DNA of 62,231 nucleotides from an uncultured Anaerolineales bacterium (GCA_964449275.1 CAYVAM010000002.1:1-62231); one strand, 5' to 3'; counted from the stretch's first letter, positions 9,027 to 18,123 are shown. A program made the numbers and translations. Notes: a model not told the origin generated them from the sequence alone.

Positions 9027-10432
9027 TCCCTGCCATCCTCCTTGGGTGCGGACAGTCGAGAATCCCGGATGGACGGTCCGTCGGTCGTCTTCGCCAGGTT
9101 CAGCCGCACGTGTCGGGCGGTCACGGTGGTCGCGCCGGCCGCCGGGCCGTCGAGTTGGAGTTTCACGATGGTGTCGAGTTTATCGCGGCTCCCCGGCGGG
9201 ACCGAGACGGTGATGCCCTTGTCGGTCTGCGTTACCGTGGCGCTGCCGCCCGTCAGCACGCTGTGCGAGACGATGCGGCGGCCGATGGCCGGCAGGACGA
9301 TTCTCTCGCTCGGCCACCGCAGGACGTGCAGGTAGATGGCGCTGCCCTTGTGCGTGCTCGCCCCCCACGCGCCCGGGCGGAACGGGCCGCCTCGCGTCCC
9401 GTAGATGCTCCGGCCGCAGTTGGCGAGCCAGGCGCCGATCTCATTGAACCGCTCGACTTGGCGCGGCTCGATGCGGCCGTCGGGCATGGGGCCCGTGTTC
9501 AGGGCCAGGTTGCCGTCTCCGCCGACACATCTGACGAGGATGTCGATGCACTGCTTGAGCGACTTGATGCGGTCGTCCGGTTTCCAGGCCCACTGGGTGC
9601 CGAGGGTGATGCAACTCTCCCACGCGCGACGGGTCTGGAATCTGCCGACGCGTTGTTCCGGTGTATCGAAATCCCCCGGCAGACCGCAGCGGTTGTTGAT
9701 GATGAGGTGCGGCTGGATGCTTCGTGCCATCTTGAAGAGGTTCTCGGCGTCCCAAAGTTTGGCGGCCTCCGGACCGGGACGGCGCAGGTTGTCGAACCAG
9801 AGTCCGTCGATGCGGCCGTACCCCGTCAGCAGTTCGCGGACCTGGCCGTGCAGGTACTTGATGTAGCGGTCGTGGCTGTCGGTCAGGAAGTCCGGGTGGT
9901 GCCAGTCGGGCTGCGAGTAATAGATCATGAGTTTGAGGCCGGCCTCGTGGCAGGCGTCGGCCATCTCTTTCAACACGTCCACTTTCCACGCCGACTGCGG
10001 CCCGGTGCTCTTGTAGTCGGTCAATGCGGAGTCGAACAGGCAGAATCCGTCGTGGTGTTTGACGAGAAAGATGATGTACCCGGCGCCGGCGTCCTGGGCC
10101 ACCCGGACCCACTGGCGGGCGTTGAACTTGTCCGGTTTCCATTTCTTGTAGAGGCCATCGTAGACCTCGACCGGCGTTGGCCCTTTGCCGCCCTTCATCC
10201 CCGGCCGCCGGCCCCAGGACGGCTCGCCGCGCGACCAGCCGATCTCCTTGCCGGTCAGGCTCACCGGCCCCCAGCAGATGAACAGGCCGAAGCGCATGTC
10301 CTGCCACGTCCGGACGACCTGCGGTTTGGCGGTGAGCATGTCCCACGGTTTCCGGCCGTCTGCGGCGGCGGTGATGCCCCAAAAGGCCGGCACCGCCAGC
10401 AACATGCCGCACCATGCCCGGATGTCAGTCAT
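9023..10432 (-). CDS. alpha-L-fucosidase, GH29, secreted
   Basis: Signal peptide MTDIRAWCGMLLAVPAFWGITAAA. GH29 blocks FGLFICWGPVS, AGAGYIIFLVKHHDGFCLFDS and WFDN. About 60-70 percent identical by eye to the next gene. Confidence 0.85.
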   Translation of the reverse strand: MTDIRAWCGMLLAVPAFWGITAAADGRKPWDMLTAKPQVVRTWQDMRFGLFICWGPVSLTGKEIGWSRGEPSWGRRPGMKGGKGPTPVEVYDGLYKKWKPDKFNARQWVRVAQDAGAGYIIFLVKHHDGFCLFDSALTDYKSTGPQSAWKVDVLKEMADACHEAGLKLMIYYSQPDWHHPDFLTDSHDRYIKYLHGQVRELLTGYGRIDGLWFDNLRRPGPEAAKLWDAENLFKMARSIQPHLIINNRCGLPGDFDTPEQRVGRFQTRRAWESCITLGTQWAWKPDDRIKSLKQCIDILVRCVGGDGNLALNTGPMPDGRIEPRQVERFNEIGAWLANCGRSIYGTRGGPFRPGAWGASTHKGSAIYLHVLRWPSERIVLPAIGRRIVSHSVLTGGSATVTQTDKGITVSVPPGSRDKLDTIVKLQLDGPAAGATTVTARHVRLNLAKTTDGPSIRDSRLSAPKEDGRE

Positions 10433-10448
10433 GCGTCTGTCCCTCGCC

Positions 10449-12146
10449 TTACCGGGACGTGAACAACTGAAACTCCGAGATCGTCGGTCCGTCGGTGGTC
10501 TCCAGGAGGTTCAGTCGCACGTGCCGAGCGCGGACCGGCGGGAATGCTTTCGTGTAGCGGCGGCCGAGCCCGGCGCCCCCCAGAACGGTCTTCCACGCAT
10601 CGCCGTCCCTGTACTGCAATTCGAACTTGCGGACACGCCGGCCCCACTCGACGCACTCGTCGATCATCGTGCGGCCGATGGTGACGGTCTCTCCGAGGTC
10701 CACCTCCAGCCAGGCCTCGTGGGTGCCGGTGTCGGTGGCCCAACGGGTGTCGGGGTCGTCGTCCAGGGCCTTGTCCGGGCTGTATTCGGCCATCTTGCGG
10801 TACACGTTCGACGCCCCGGCCTTCTTGCCCGTGGCGACGGACCCGGAGCGGAGGGCGCCGACCTTGATACCGGCCGCCGGACCGTCGAGGCGGAGAACGA
10901 CGAGGGTGTCGAGTTCCTGCCGGTGGGCCTCCGGGACGGAGACCACGATGGCCTCGGCCGTCTGCCTGACCTCGGCCACGCCGCCCGTCATGACGGAGTG
11001 GCTGACGATCTTCTTCGGGATGGGCGGGAGCGTGACCGAGTCGCCCTGCCAGCGGAGAACGTGCAGGTAGATCGTGTCGCCCTTGTACGTGCTCGCCCCC
11101 CACGCGCCCGGGCGAAACGGGCCGCCCCGCGTGCCGTAGATGCTCTGGCCGTACTTGCCGAGCCAGGCGCCCATCTCCTTGAGTCGAGCGACCTGGCGCG
11201 GCTCGATCTCGCCGGTGGGCATGGGGCCCACGTTGAAGAGCAGGTTGCCGTCGCCGCCGGCGCAGCGGATGAGCGCATCGAGACACTGCTTGAGCGATTT
11301 CATCGTATCGTTAGGTTTCCAGGCCCACTGGCGGCAGATGGTCATGCAGGTTTCCCAGGGGCGGTCGATCTGGAACTTGCCGACGCGCTGCTCCGGCGTG
11401 TCGAAGTCGCCCGGTAGCCCCGAACGGTTGTTGATGAGGACATGGGGCTGAAGGCGCCGGATCGTCTTGAACAGGTTCTGTGAGTCCCAGTCCGCCGCCT
11501 TCCCGCCGAGACCGTCGAACCAGATGACGTCCACCTTGCCGTAGTTCGTGCACAGTTCGCGCAGTTGGCCGTGGAGGAACTCGATGTAGCGGGCGTGGTC
11601 CGCCGTCCGGTAGTGCGGGTGATGCCAGTCGGGAGGCGAGTAGTAGAACCCCAGCCGCAAGCCGCCTTCGTGGCAGGCTTTCGCCAGTTCCGCCACCACG
11701 TCGCGCCGGAAAGGCGAGTTCGTGATCTTGTAATCCGTCAGTTCGGTGCCGAACATCGAGAACCCGTCGTGGTGCTTGCTCGTAAACACGAGGTACTTCA
11801 TGCCGGCGGCCTTGGCGATGCCGATCCACTCGGCGGCATTGAACTTCGTCGGGTTGAACTGGCGGTAGAGGTTATCGTACACCTCGGCCGGAATCGGGCC
11901 GCGACCCTTTCTGCCGCGCCGCTCGCCGCCACGGGACCAGCCGATCTCGGTCCCCTTCAAACTGACGGGCCCCCAGTGGATGAACAGGCCGAACCGAGCC
12001 TCCTGCCACCACTGCAGGTCCTGGGGACTCGCCTTCAGAAAATCCTCCGTCTCCCGAGCGGTTGCCCCCAGGGATTCGGACATGAGGGGCAAAGCCAGCC
12101 CTGCGGCCAGGAAGACACCGAGCGCCGCTGTTCGTGCTGCGTCCAT
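10449..12146 (-). CDS. alpha-L-fucosidase, GH29, with C-terminal F5/8 type C (discoidin) domain
   Basis: Start at ATG 12146 (MDAARTAALGVFLAAGLALPLMS signal, preceded by AAAGGAGAAA). GH29 blocks FGLFIHWGPVS and YLVFTSKHHDGFSMF. The C-terminal DDDPDTRWATD...WLEVDLGETV...FELQYRDGDAWKTV...HVRLNL fits a discoidin domain. Confidence 0.85.
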   Translation of the reverse strand: MDAARTAALGVFLAAGLALPLMSESLGATARETEDFLKASPQDLQWWQEARFGLFIHWGPVSLKGTEIGWSRGGERRGRKGRGPIPAEVYDNLYRQFNPTKFNAAEWIGIAKAAGMKYLVFTSKHHDGFSMFGTELTDYKITNSPFRRDVVAELAKACHEGGLRLGFYYSPPDWHHPHYRTADHARYIEFLHGQLRELCTNYGKVDVIWFDGLGGKAADWDSQNLFKTIRRLQPHVLINNRSGLPGDFDTPEQRVGKFQIDRPWETCMTICRQWAWKPNDTMKSLKQCLDALIRCAGGDGNLLFNVGPMPTGEIEPRQVARLKEMGAWLGKYGQSIYGTRGGPFRPGAWGASTYKGDTIYLHVLRWQGDSVTLPPIPKKIVSHSVMTGGVAEVRQTAEAIVVSVPEAHRQELDTLVVLRLDGPAAGIKVGALRSGSVATGKKAGASNVYRKMAEYSPDKALDDDPDTRWATDTGTHEAWLEVDLGETVTIGRTMIDECVEWGRRVRKFELQYRDGDAWKTVLGGAGLGRRYTKAFPPVRARHVRLNLLETTDGPTISEFQLFTSR

Positions 12147-12166
12147 CGCATTTCTCCTTTCGAACG

Positions 12167-12592
12167 CTAGTCCATGTGGAACACCTCTTCGATGGTGTGC
12201 CAGTGCTCGCCTTCTTTGCGCGTGGGAACGGGCGCCTGGAGCGGGTCCGTGTGCTTCCACCAGCGTTTGGTGTCGGGGTCGGCCGCCATCCGGGCCATGT
12301 CGGCCTTGAAATCGTCGCCGACGTACTCGAAGTAACTGAAGAGGTAAAACTCGCCCGGTTTCACCTCGGCCAGGTAGATCGAGTAGTTCCGGACGTTCAC
12401 GTCCTGGAGTTTCGCCAGCACCTCCGGCCAGACGGCGGCGTGCAGACGCTTGTACTCCGGGATGCTCTCCGGCTTGATACCGATGACCGACCCGTATCGC
12501 CGGCCCATCGCCTTGCCCGGCGCGCAGCCTGCCACAGCCAGACACAGCAACAGGACCGCGAGCCAGGCGATGAGTCTCTTCCGCGCGCTCAT
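12167..12592 (-). CDS. L-rhamnose/L-fucose mutarotase family (RhaM, DUF718) protein with a lipoprotein signal peptide
   Basis: Start at ATG 12592. MSARKRLIAWLAVLLLCLAVAGC is a lipobox. IKPESIPEYKRLHAAVWPEVLAKLQDVNVRNYSIYL...WWKHTDPLQ is the RhaM signature. Confidence 0.7.
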   Translation of the reverse strand: MSARKRLIAWLAVLLLCLAVAGCAPGKAMGRRYGSVIGIKPESIPEYKRLHAAVWPEVLAKLQDVNVRNYSIYLAEVKPGEFYLFSYFEYVGDDFKADMARMAADPDTKRWWKHTDPLQAPVPTRKEGEHWHTIEEVFHMD

Positions 12593-12643
12593 GGGGCAGC
12601 CCTCCAGTTTGCCTGTTATGCCACACCGCTTCGTGCACCGGCT

Positions 12644-12672
12644 AGCATAGACTCGGACGCAGACTCTGTAAA
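12644..12672 (-). promoter_or_regulatory. candidate sigma70-type promoter for the fucose operon
   Basis: Minus strand reads TTTACA-17 nt-TATGCT about 45 nt upstream of ATG 12592. The spacer contains a GAGTC...GAGTC direct repeat. Confidence 0.4.
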
Positions 12673-12794
12673 CCGCCATTTCCCCCACACCCCGGCAAAG
12701 CGATAAGGTCCGGTTCGTGCCCGGAACCCGTGCGGGATCAAAGGAGAACGGGGCAGCGGCTACGTTGACCCGCCGCGCGGAGATCTTTGGTTCT

Positions 12795-12903
12795 GCGCGG
12801 TGGGCAATCCTGCCCACCGCGGGCGTTGGCCCCAACACGTCACGCAAACGCGGCGGGCAGGATTGCCCGCCGCGCATCCGCGGCACCCGCCGCGCATCCG
12901 CAG
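12795..12903. repeat. family A REP palindromes plus a short direct repeat
   Basis: gcgcggtgggcaatcctgcccaccgcg (12795-12821), acgcggcgggcaggattgcccgccgcgc (12848-12875), then cccgccgcgcatccgc twice. Confidence 0.7.
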
Positions 12904-12917
12904 TACACGCAAAGCCG

Positions 12918-12947
12918 TTGCAGGGCCCGCGTCGGACGGCGTAGAAT
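12918..12947 (+). promoter_or_regulatory. candidate sigma70-type promoter for the Nramp gene
   Basis: TTGCAG-18 nt-TAGAAT about 40 nt upstream of ATG 12990, with GGAG before the ATG. Confidence 0.35.
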
Positions 12948-12989
12948 GCGGCGGCGTCCTCTCGCCACGCCTCCTTATGGAGACCATCG

Positions 12990-14330
12990 ATGGCCAAAGG
13001 CGGACTGCTGAGGCGAATCGGGCCGGCTTTTATCGTGGGCGCCTGCATCATCGGGCCCGGCAGCGTCACCCTCATGTCCACCACGGGGGCCAACTACGGG
13101 TACGCCCTGCTGTGGCTGTCGCTCACCTCGGGCGCCCTGATGGCGGGGTTTCTGGCGCTGTTCATGCGGTTCGGCATCTATTCACAGGAGACGTTTCTGG
13201 GTCTTGCGGCCAAGAAGTTCGGCCGCTGGTTTGCCGTCCTGTGCGGCATCACGCTCTTTTCGGTGGACGCGACGTTCCAGTTCGGCAACGCCCTGGGCGT
13301 GACGGCCGGCATGCAGGCGCTGTGGGGCGGCGTGAGCCCGTACGTGTGGCCGGTGGCGTTCACGGCGGCGGCCATCGCGTTCCTGCTCGCCTTTCAGCAC
13401 ATCTACCGATACATTGAAAAGATGATGCGCTTCTTCCTGGTCGTGATGTTCCTGGCGTTCCTGGCGAACCTGGTGTGGGCGGGGCCGAACCTGCTCGCCG
13501 CCATCAAAGGGGCGGTCGTCCCGACGCTGCCCGAAGACGTGAACTGGGTGACCGTCGGCGGCCTGGTCGGCACCACGTTCGTCATCGTGGCGGCGTTCTT
13601 CCAGTCGTACCTCGTCAAGGCGAAGGGCTGGCACGAGGGCGACCTGGCGAGCGGCATCGCCGACACGATCCTCGCGTCGATCATCTTCACGCTCATCGGC
13701 GCCGTTATCATGATGACGGCGGCGGCGGTGCTCTACCCGCACGAGGGGCGCGTGACGTTCGAGGTCATGATCCGTCAACTCGAGAGCGTGTTCGGCCCGT
13801 ACGCGCGGCTGATTTTCAGCATCGGGTTCTGGTCGGCGGCGTTTTCGAGTTTCGTCACGAACTCGCTCATCGGCGGCGTTCTGCTCAATGACGGATTGGG
13901 GCTGGGTGGCAGGTTGGAGTCGAAGCCGACGCGGATCTTCGCCACGCTCGTCCTCTTGATCGGCATGACGACCGGCCTGTTCATCATCCACAGCGATGAG
14001 AAGACCAAGGCGGCGGCCCAGCCGCACGCCGAGGCGCACGTCGTGAAGAAAGGCCCGGCCGCAGAGACGCCGAACGCCCCGGCCGCGAGCCCGGAGGATC
14101 TGAAGGTCCGGGCCATCCGCGTCGGCCAGGCCGCCACGATGCTCGCCGTGCCGCTTGGCGTCATCGCCATGGTCGTCGTCCTGTTCGACAAGCGTGCCAC
14201 CGGCGGCCGCAACCTGCCCTGGTGGGCCAAAGCCTTCGTCCTGCTCGGCGCGGTCGTGCTCGTGGGCATCGCGGTGCTGATGTACGTGAAGATCCGTCCC
14301 GAACTGTACAAGGTCCTCGGGATCGGATAG
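12990..14330 (+). CDS. mntH: Nramp-family divalent metal (Mn2+/Fe2+) transporter
   Basis: 446-aa polytopic ORF. The N-terminus GPAFIVGACIIGPGSVTLMSTTGANYGYALLW is the Nramp DPGN-region pattern variant, and there are multiple TM segments. Confidence 0.75.
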   Translation: MAKGGLLRRIGPAFIVGACIIGPGSVTLMSTTGANYGYALLWLSLTSGALMAGFLALFMRFGIYSQETFLGLAAKKFGRWFAVLCGITLFSVDATFQFGNALGVTAGMQALWGGVSPYVWPVAFTAAAIAFLLAFQHIYRYIEKMMRFFLVVMFLAFLANLVWAGPNLLAAIKGAVVPTLPEDVNWVTVGGLVGTTFVIVAAFFQSYLVKAKGWHEGDLASGIADTILASIIFTLIGAVIMMTAAAVLYPHEGRVTFEVMIRQLESVFGPYARLIFSIGFWSAAFSSFVTNSLIGGVLLNDGLGLGGRLESKPTRIFATLVLLIGMTTGLFIIHSDEKTKAAAQPHAEAHVVKKGPAAETPNAPAASPEDLKVRAIRVGQAATMLAVPLGVIAMVVVLFDKRATGGRNLPWWAKAFVLLGAVVLVGIAVLMYVKIRPELYKVLGIG

Positions 14331-14343
14331 CGAGGCGCGCTTC

Positions 14344-14426
14344 GCGTGGCGGGTGTGCGCGCCCGCCGCGCAAGGCGAGGCGCCAAGGCGGGCTTGACGC
14401 ACGGTGGGTCCGGAGACCCACCGCGC
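14344..14426. repeat. two family A REP palindromes
   Basis: gcgtggcgggtgtgcgcgcccgccgcgc (14344-14371) and gcacggtgggtccggagacccaccgcgc (14399-14426), between convergent genes. Confidence 0.7.
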
Positions 14427-14441
14427 TTGGCTTCGCCCTGC

Positions 14442-15905
14442 CTACGGCGCGAACCACGAGCCGACCGGTTTGCTGCCTGAGAGGATCTCGACCGTGTAAC
14501 TCTCCGGATTCGTCACGTCGCGCACGTAGAGAAGGCGGTAGGCGATGACGCTCGCACCTGCCGCAGACGGAAGCGAGACGTGCTGCTGCTCGCCGGGCGC
14601 AAGGGCGGGTTGCGCGTCGCCGAGAGGGGCGCCCGTCCGGACGGGCGAGAAGGCGGCGACCAGGTGTCGCGGCCCGGCTTCCGCTCCGGCCAGCAGCCGC
14701 ACGGACCGCCGCCGCGTCCCCGTCGGGTAGGCGTGACCCGCCAAGTTTGTCAGCGTCAGCCGCAAGACCTCGCGTCCCGCGTCGTCGCGTGTGCGGACGG
14801 TCGCCAGGTCGATGCCGTCGCGAAGCAGCCGCCGGTTGCGTCGTGCGGACCAGTCGTGCCGCGGGAGCCCCGTTTCCCCGTTGTCGCCTGCGCGCGGCAT
14901 GTGGCAGGCGACGCAGTCGCGCTCATCGCCTCGGTGGTCGAGGTGTATCTGCCCCGGTGGGAAGACGGCCCGGCGTGGCTGGCGGCCGGCCCGCCAGGCC
15001 TTCCACTCCTCGTACGTCACGGCGTGGCACCGGGCGCAGGCGTCGGCTGCCGTCTTGTCCGGATCGAAGGCGAACGGACACGCCGTCCCGCGCGGCGAGT
15101 TTTCCTCCACGTTGGTTGGCGGCGCGCCCGCCGTCCGGTGACACTCGGTGCAGCCGACGCCGCGGACCTCGCCGAAGTCCATCCGCTCCGGCTGCCGCGT
15201 CGCCGGGTCGATCGTCACGACATCCAGATGCGTCAGGCTCTGCGCGTGGGCCGAGGTGGACCACGCGCCGTGAATTTCGGGATGGCAACGGCGGCAGGTC
15301 TCGCCGGCGGCAAACGGCGCGGGCGAGGCGCCCGCATGACACCAGAGACATCGGCCGACCAGGACGCGGCCGAATTCAACGTCATCGACCCCCGCGTACA
15401 GTTCGCACAAATCGGGTCCCAGGGCTGCCGGAGTGTGCTCGTCGTACGCGTCGAGCCACTGGAGCAACCACGTCTCGCGCTGCTCGAGCGGTGTGAGGCG
15501 AAGGGTAGGCGGCGGGCCGTGTCCGCCGTGGCGCGCCAGGACGGTGAACGCCGCCGCACGCACACGCCAATCGGCGTCGGCGGCGCGCGGAAAGACCGCG
15601 GGAAGCCACTTCTCGTCCGGATGCTCGGCCAGAATGTTGCACGCCGTCGCGCGCACCCGCCAGTGCTCGTGGCCGAGCATCCCGATGATGGTCGGCGCGG
15701 CCGCAGACCAGTCGCGGGTGGCCGCCTGCTTCGCCCGTTCGACGGCGTGGGCGCGGCCGGCGGCGATGTCGGCGACAAGGTCCGACAGGGCGGCGGCTTC
15801 GGGCGCGCCGGCGCGATCGCATCCGGCGCCGACGGTCCACGCGACGAGCCCCGCGAGGCTCGCGAGCGCCACGGCTCGGCATGCGATGGGCGAGGAGACG
15901 TTCAT
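14442..15905 (-). CDS. lipoprotein with N-terminal HEAT repeats fused to a pentaheme c-type cytochrome domain
   Basis: Lipobox WTVGAGC. HEAT-like HEHWRVRATACNILAEH and DADWRVRAAAFTVLARH. Five CXXCH motifs: CLWCH, CRRCH, CTECH, CARCH and CVACH. Confidence 0.75.
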   Translation of the reverse strand: MNVSSPIACRAVALASLAGLVAWTVGAGCDRAGAPEAAALSDLVADIAAGRAHAVERAKQAATRDWSAAAPTIIGMLGHEHWRVRATACNILAEHPDEKWLPAVFPRAADADWRVRAAAFTVLARHGGHGPPPTLRLTPLEQRETWLLQWLDAYDEHTPAALGPDLCELYAGVDDVEFGRVLVGRCLWCHAGASPAPFAAGETCRRCHPEIHGAWSTSAHAQSLTHLDVVTIDPATRQPERMDFGEVRGVGCTECHRTAGAPPTNVEENSPRGTACPFAFDPDKTAADACARCHAVTYEEWKAWRAGRQPRRAVFPPGQIHLDHRGDERDCVACHMPRAGDNGETGLPRHDWSARRNRRLLRDGIDLATVRTRDDAGREVLRLTLTNLAGHAYPTGTRRRSVRLLAGAEAGPRHLVAAFSPVRTGAPLGDAQPALAPGEQQHVSLPSAAGASVIAYRLLYVRDVTNPESYTVEILSGSKPVGSWFAP

Positions 15906-16050
15906 TGTTCGCGCCTGCGCATCAGCGCGCTCCCCTTCGGGTCGCGGCTAAAAGGTTGCGGCTAAAAGGTCGCGACCGAGTCATCGCGGCTGAAAGGCTT
16001 GTTGATGCAACTGTATCAGACTGCGCTGGCCCGCGACAAGGCCATTTCGC

Positions 16051-16079
16051 TTGACCGGCCATTCGGCCTAACCTACACT
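16051..16079 (+). promoter_or_regulatory. candidate sigma70-type promoter for the HEAT/TPR/exbBD operon
   Basis: TTGACC-17 nt-TACACT, 59 nt upstream of ATG 16138, which is preceded by GGGAGGGG. Confidence 0.45.
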
Positions 16080-16137
16080 CAACCGCGCGGTAAGTCCGTA
16101 TAACGATATGGGCTTGGCGAGGTGGGAGGGGTGCTGT

Positions 16138-18123
16138 ATGCGGATGGTCACGCCTTTCCGCCCCGGTCCGGTCCTCGGCCTGGTTCTGCTGGTCTGGGCG
16201 TTCGGCGGCGTATGCTTCGGGCACGGCGAAGGGCCCAAACCCCCACCTACCCCCCACACATCGTTCTACTTCACGCACGAGAGGCTCTACCCGCCGCGCT
16301 GGTCCTGGATTCACTGGTGGGAAGCCAACCGCGACCCGTACCTGAAGATCATCATCCAGGGCCAGGCCCGGCAGCGGCCGAGCCCGGAGGTGCTGAAAGC
16401 CTACCACGACAAGACCGTCACGTCGCTTACGGCAGCGGCGGGGTCGCCGGCGTGGGAGGCGCGGGCGGCGGCCGTCCTGGCGCTCGGCCGCATGGGGGAA
16501 ACCGGCGCCCAACCAACGCTGGAGCGAGCGATCGGGAAAGACCCCGACGTCCGGGTCCGTCTGCCGGCGCTCGTGGCGTTCGGGCTGCTCGATTCGCCCG
16601 AAGCCAGGAACCTGCTCCTGGCCTACGACTATCCGAACGACACGCTGTTCGAGGCGGGCTGCGGCGGCCTGGGCCTGCTGAAAAAGGCCGACGAACCGAA
16701 GGTCCTGACAACGCTTCAGAAGGCGGTGACCGCAGGCAAGCCCGGCCTGGCCACCATCTCGGCGTGGGGCCTGAGGCACCGGCCCGACCCCGCCAACGTC
16801 AGGTTCCTCGGCGCGGTTCTGGCGCGGTCGAAGAGCCCGTGGCTGGCGTCCGAGGCGATTCTCGCCCTCGGCGAGCAAGGCGACCCGAAGGCCGTCAAAC
16901 TCCTCGCCGGCATCCTCATGGCCACGAAAGAGGCCGACAACGTCGCCGCCTGGGAGGCCCTACGCAAGCACGACCACGAACTCGGCAAACTTTCGGACGA
17001 CAAAGGCGGCAAACTCCAGAACGACGAACTCGAAAAGTACCGCCGCCGGTACAAGAAGTATTCCGACTGGCGCGAACACGGGCCCAACCCGCCGGGCCCC
17101 AAGGCCGACGGCCTGACGCTTTCCATCAAGGTCGGCATCGAGAAGATTTACATGACGCGGCTGCGCGCCTCGGCGGCCATCGCGCTCGGCAAGATCAAAC
17201 ATCCCAAGTCTCAGGAAACGCTGCTGAAGGTCCTCGCCCTGCGCGACGACAACTACTCGGACCTCTTCAAAGGGTTCGCGATCATGTCGCTGGCGAAGAT
17301 CGGCGACAAGGAGATCCTGCCGCAACTGCTCGAATACCTCGCACCCCGGTACAAGGATGGTAAGCGCAAGACGGTGATCGAGGTGGAGTCGCCGCTTCGC
17401 GGGTACGCCGCCCTGGCGCTGGGCCTCTACTGCCGCCCGAAGCGGACCGACCAGGGACAGGTGGATCCGCCCCTGTACGGCAAGGTTTGCGAGACGCTGG
17501 CCAAGCGGGTGGCCGACCGCGACGAGATGCCCGAGGTCCGCGCCGCCGCCGCCATGGGTCTCGGCCTGACGGGCCGGACCGAGTGCCTGCGGCTGCTCCA
17601 CCGCGCCGAGCAAAACGCAAAGACCCAGGACGATTTGCTGATCGGATACATCCTGCTGGCCAGCGCGATGGTCGGCGACCAGAACATCCTCAAGCCCGCC
17701 CGATGGTTCCTGACCCAGGCCGGGGACAAGCAAACCACCAGCGGCATCCTGGGCCGTCGCGCTGCGGTCCTCGCCCTCGGAATGCTCAACACCCCGCAGA
17801 CCATCCCCATCCTCCAGGAGGCTTGGCATCTGAACTACCACGTCAACCGCGAGGTGGCCTGCGCCTTCGCGCTGGCCGAAGCCTACAACGTCACCGATCC
17901 GCTGGTGAAACTGCTGACGACCTCCCCGAACCCGTTGGAACAGGCCTTTGCCGCCGGCTGCCTCGGCGAGTTGTTCGGGCAAGCACGTCCCCGGCGGCTG
18001 GCCCGGTTCATCAACGACAGCAACTACACCGTCAAGAACAAGAAGATGATGCCCTACCAGACGCTGGCCAACGAGTTCCTGTACACGTACCTGATTCCCT
18101 GTTTCGGAGACCAATGGCAGTGA
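16138..18123 (+). CDS. secreted HEAT-repeat protein
   Basis: Start ATG 16138 (MRMVTPFRPGPVLGLVLLVWAFGGVCFG signal; alternative ATG 16108). Repeated ..RAAAVLALGRMGE.., ..VRLPALVAFGLL.., ..SEAILALGEQGDPKAV.. and ..VRAAAAMGLGLTG.. units are HEAT/PBS-lyase-like. Confidence 0.65.
   Translation: MRMVTPFRPGPVLGLVLLVWAFGGVCFGHGEGPKPPPTPHTSFYFTHERLYPPRWSWIHWWEANRDPYLKIIIQGQARQRPSPEVLKAYHDKTVTSLTAAAGSPAWEARAAAVLALGRMGETGAQPTLERAIGKDPDVRVRLPALVAFGLLDSPEARNLLLAYDYPNDTLFEAGCGGLGLLKKADEPKVLTTLQKAVTAGKPGLATISAWGLRHRPDPANVRFLGAVLARSKSPWLASEAILALGEQGDPKAVKLLAGILMATKEADNVAAWEALRKHDHELGKLSDDKGGKLQNDELEKYRRRYKKYSDWREHGPNPPGPKADGLTLSIKVGIEKIYMTRLRASAAIALGKIKHPKSQETLLKVLALRDDNYSDLFKGFAIMSLAKIGDKEILPQLLEYLAPRYKDGKRKTVIEVESPLRGYAALALGLYCRPKRTDQGQVDPPLYGKVCETLAKRVADRDEMPEVRAAAAMGLGLTGRTECLRLLHRAEQNAKTQDDLLIGYILLASAMVGDQNILKPARWFLTQAGDKQTTSGILGRRAAVLALGMLNTPQTIPILQEAWHLNYHVNREVACAFALAEAYNVTDPLVKLLTTSPNPLEQAFAAGCLGELFGQARPRRLARFINDSNYTVKNKKMMPYQTLANEFLYTYLIPCFGDQWQ

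Noticed and set aside
12593-12989. Mn2+ (yybP-ykoY) riboswitch or other leader upstream of the Nramp gene
   Set aside because: The predicted promoter leaves only about 40 nt of leader. The remaining sequence is explained by REP palindromes.
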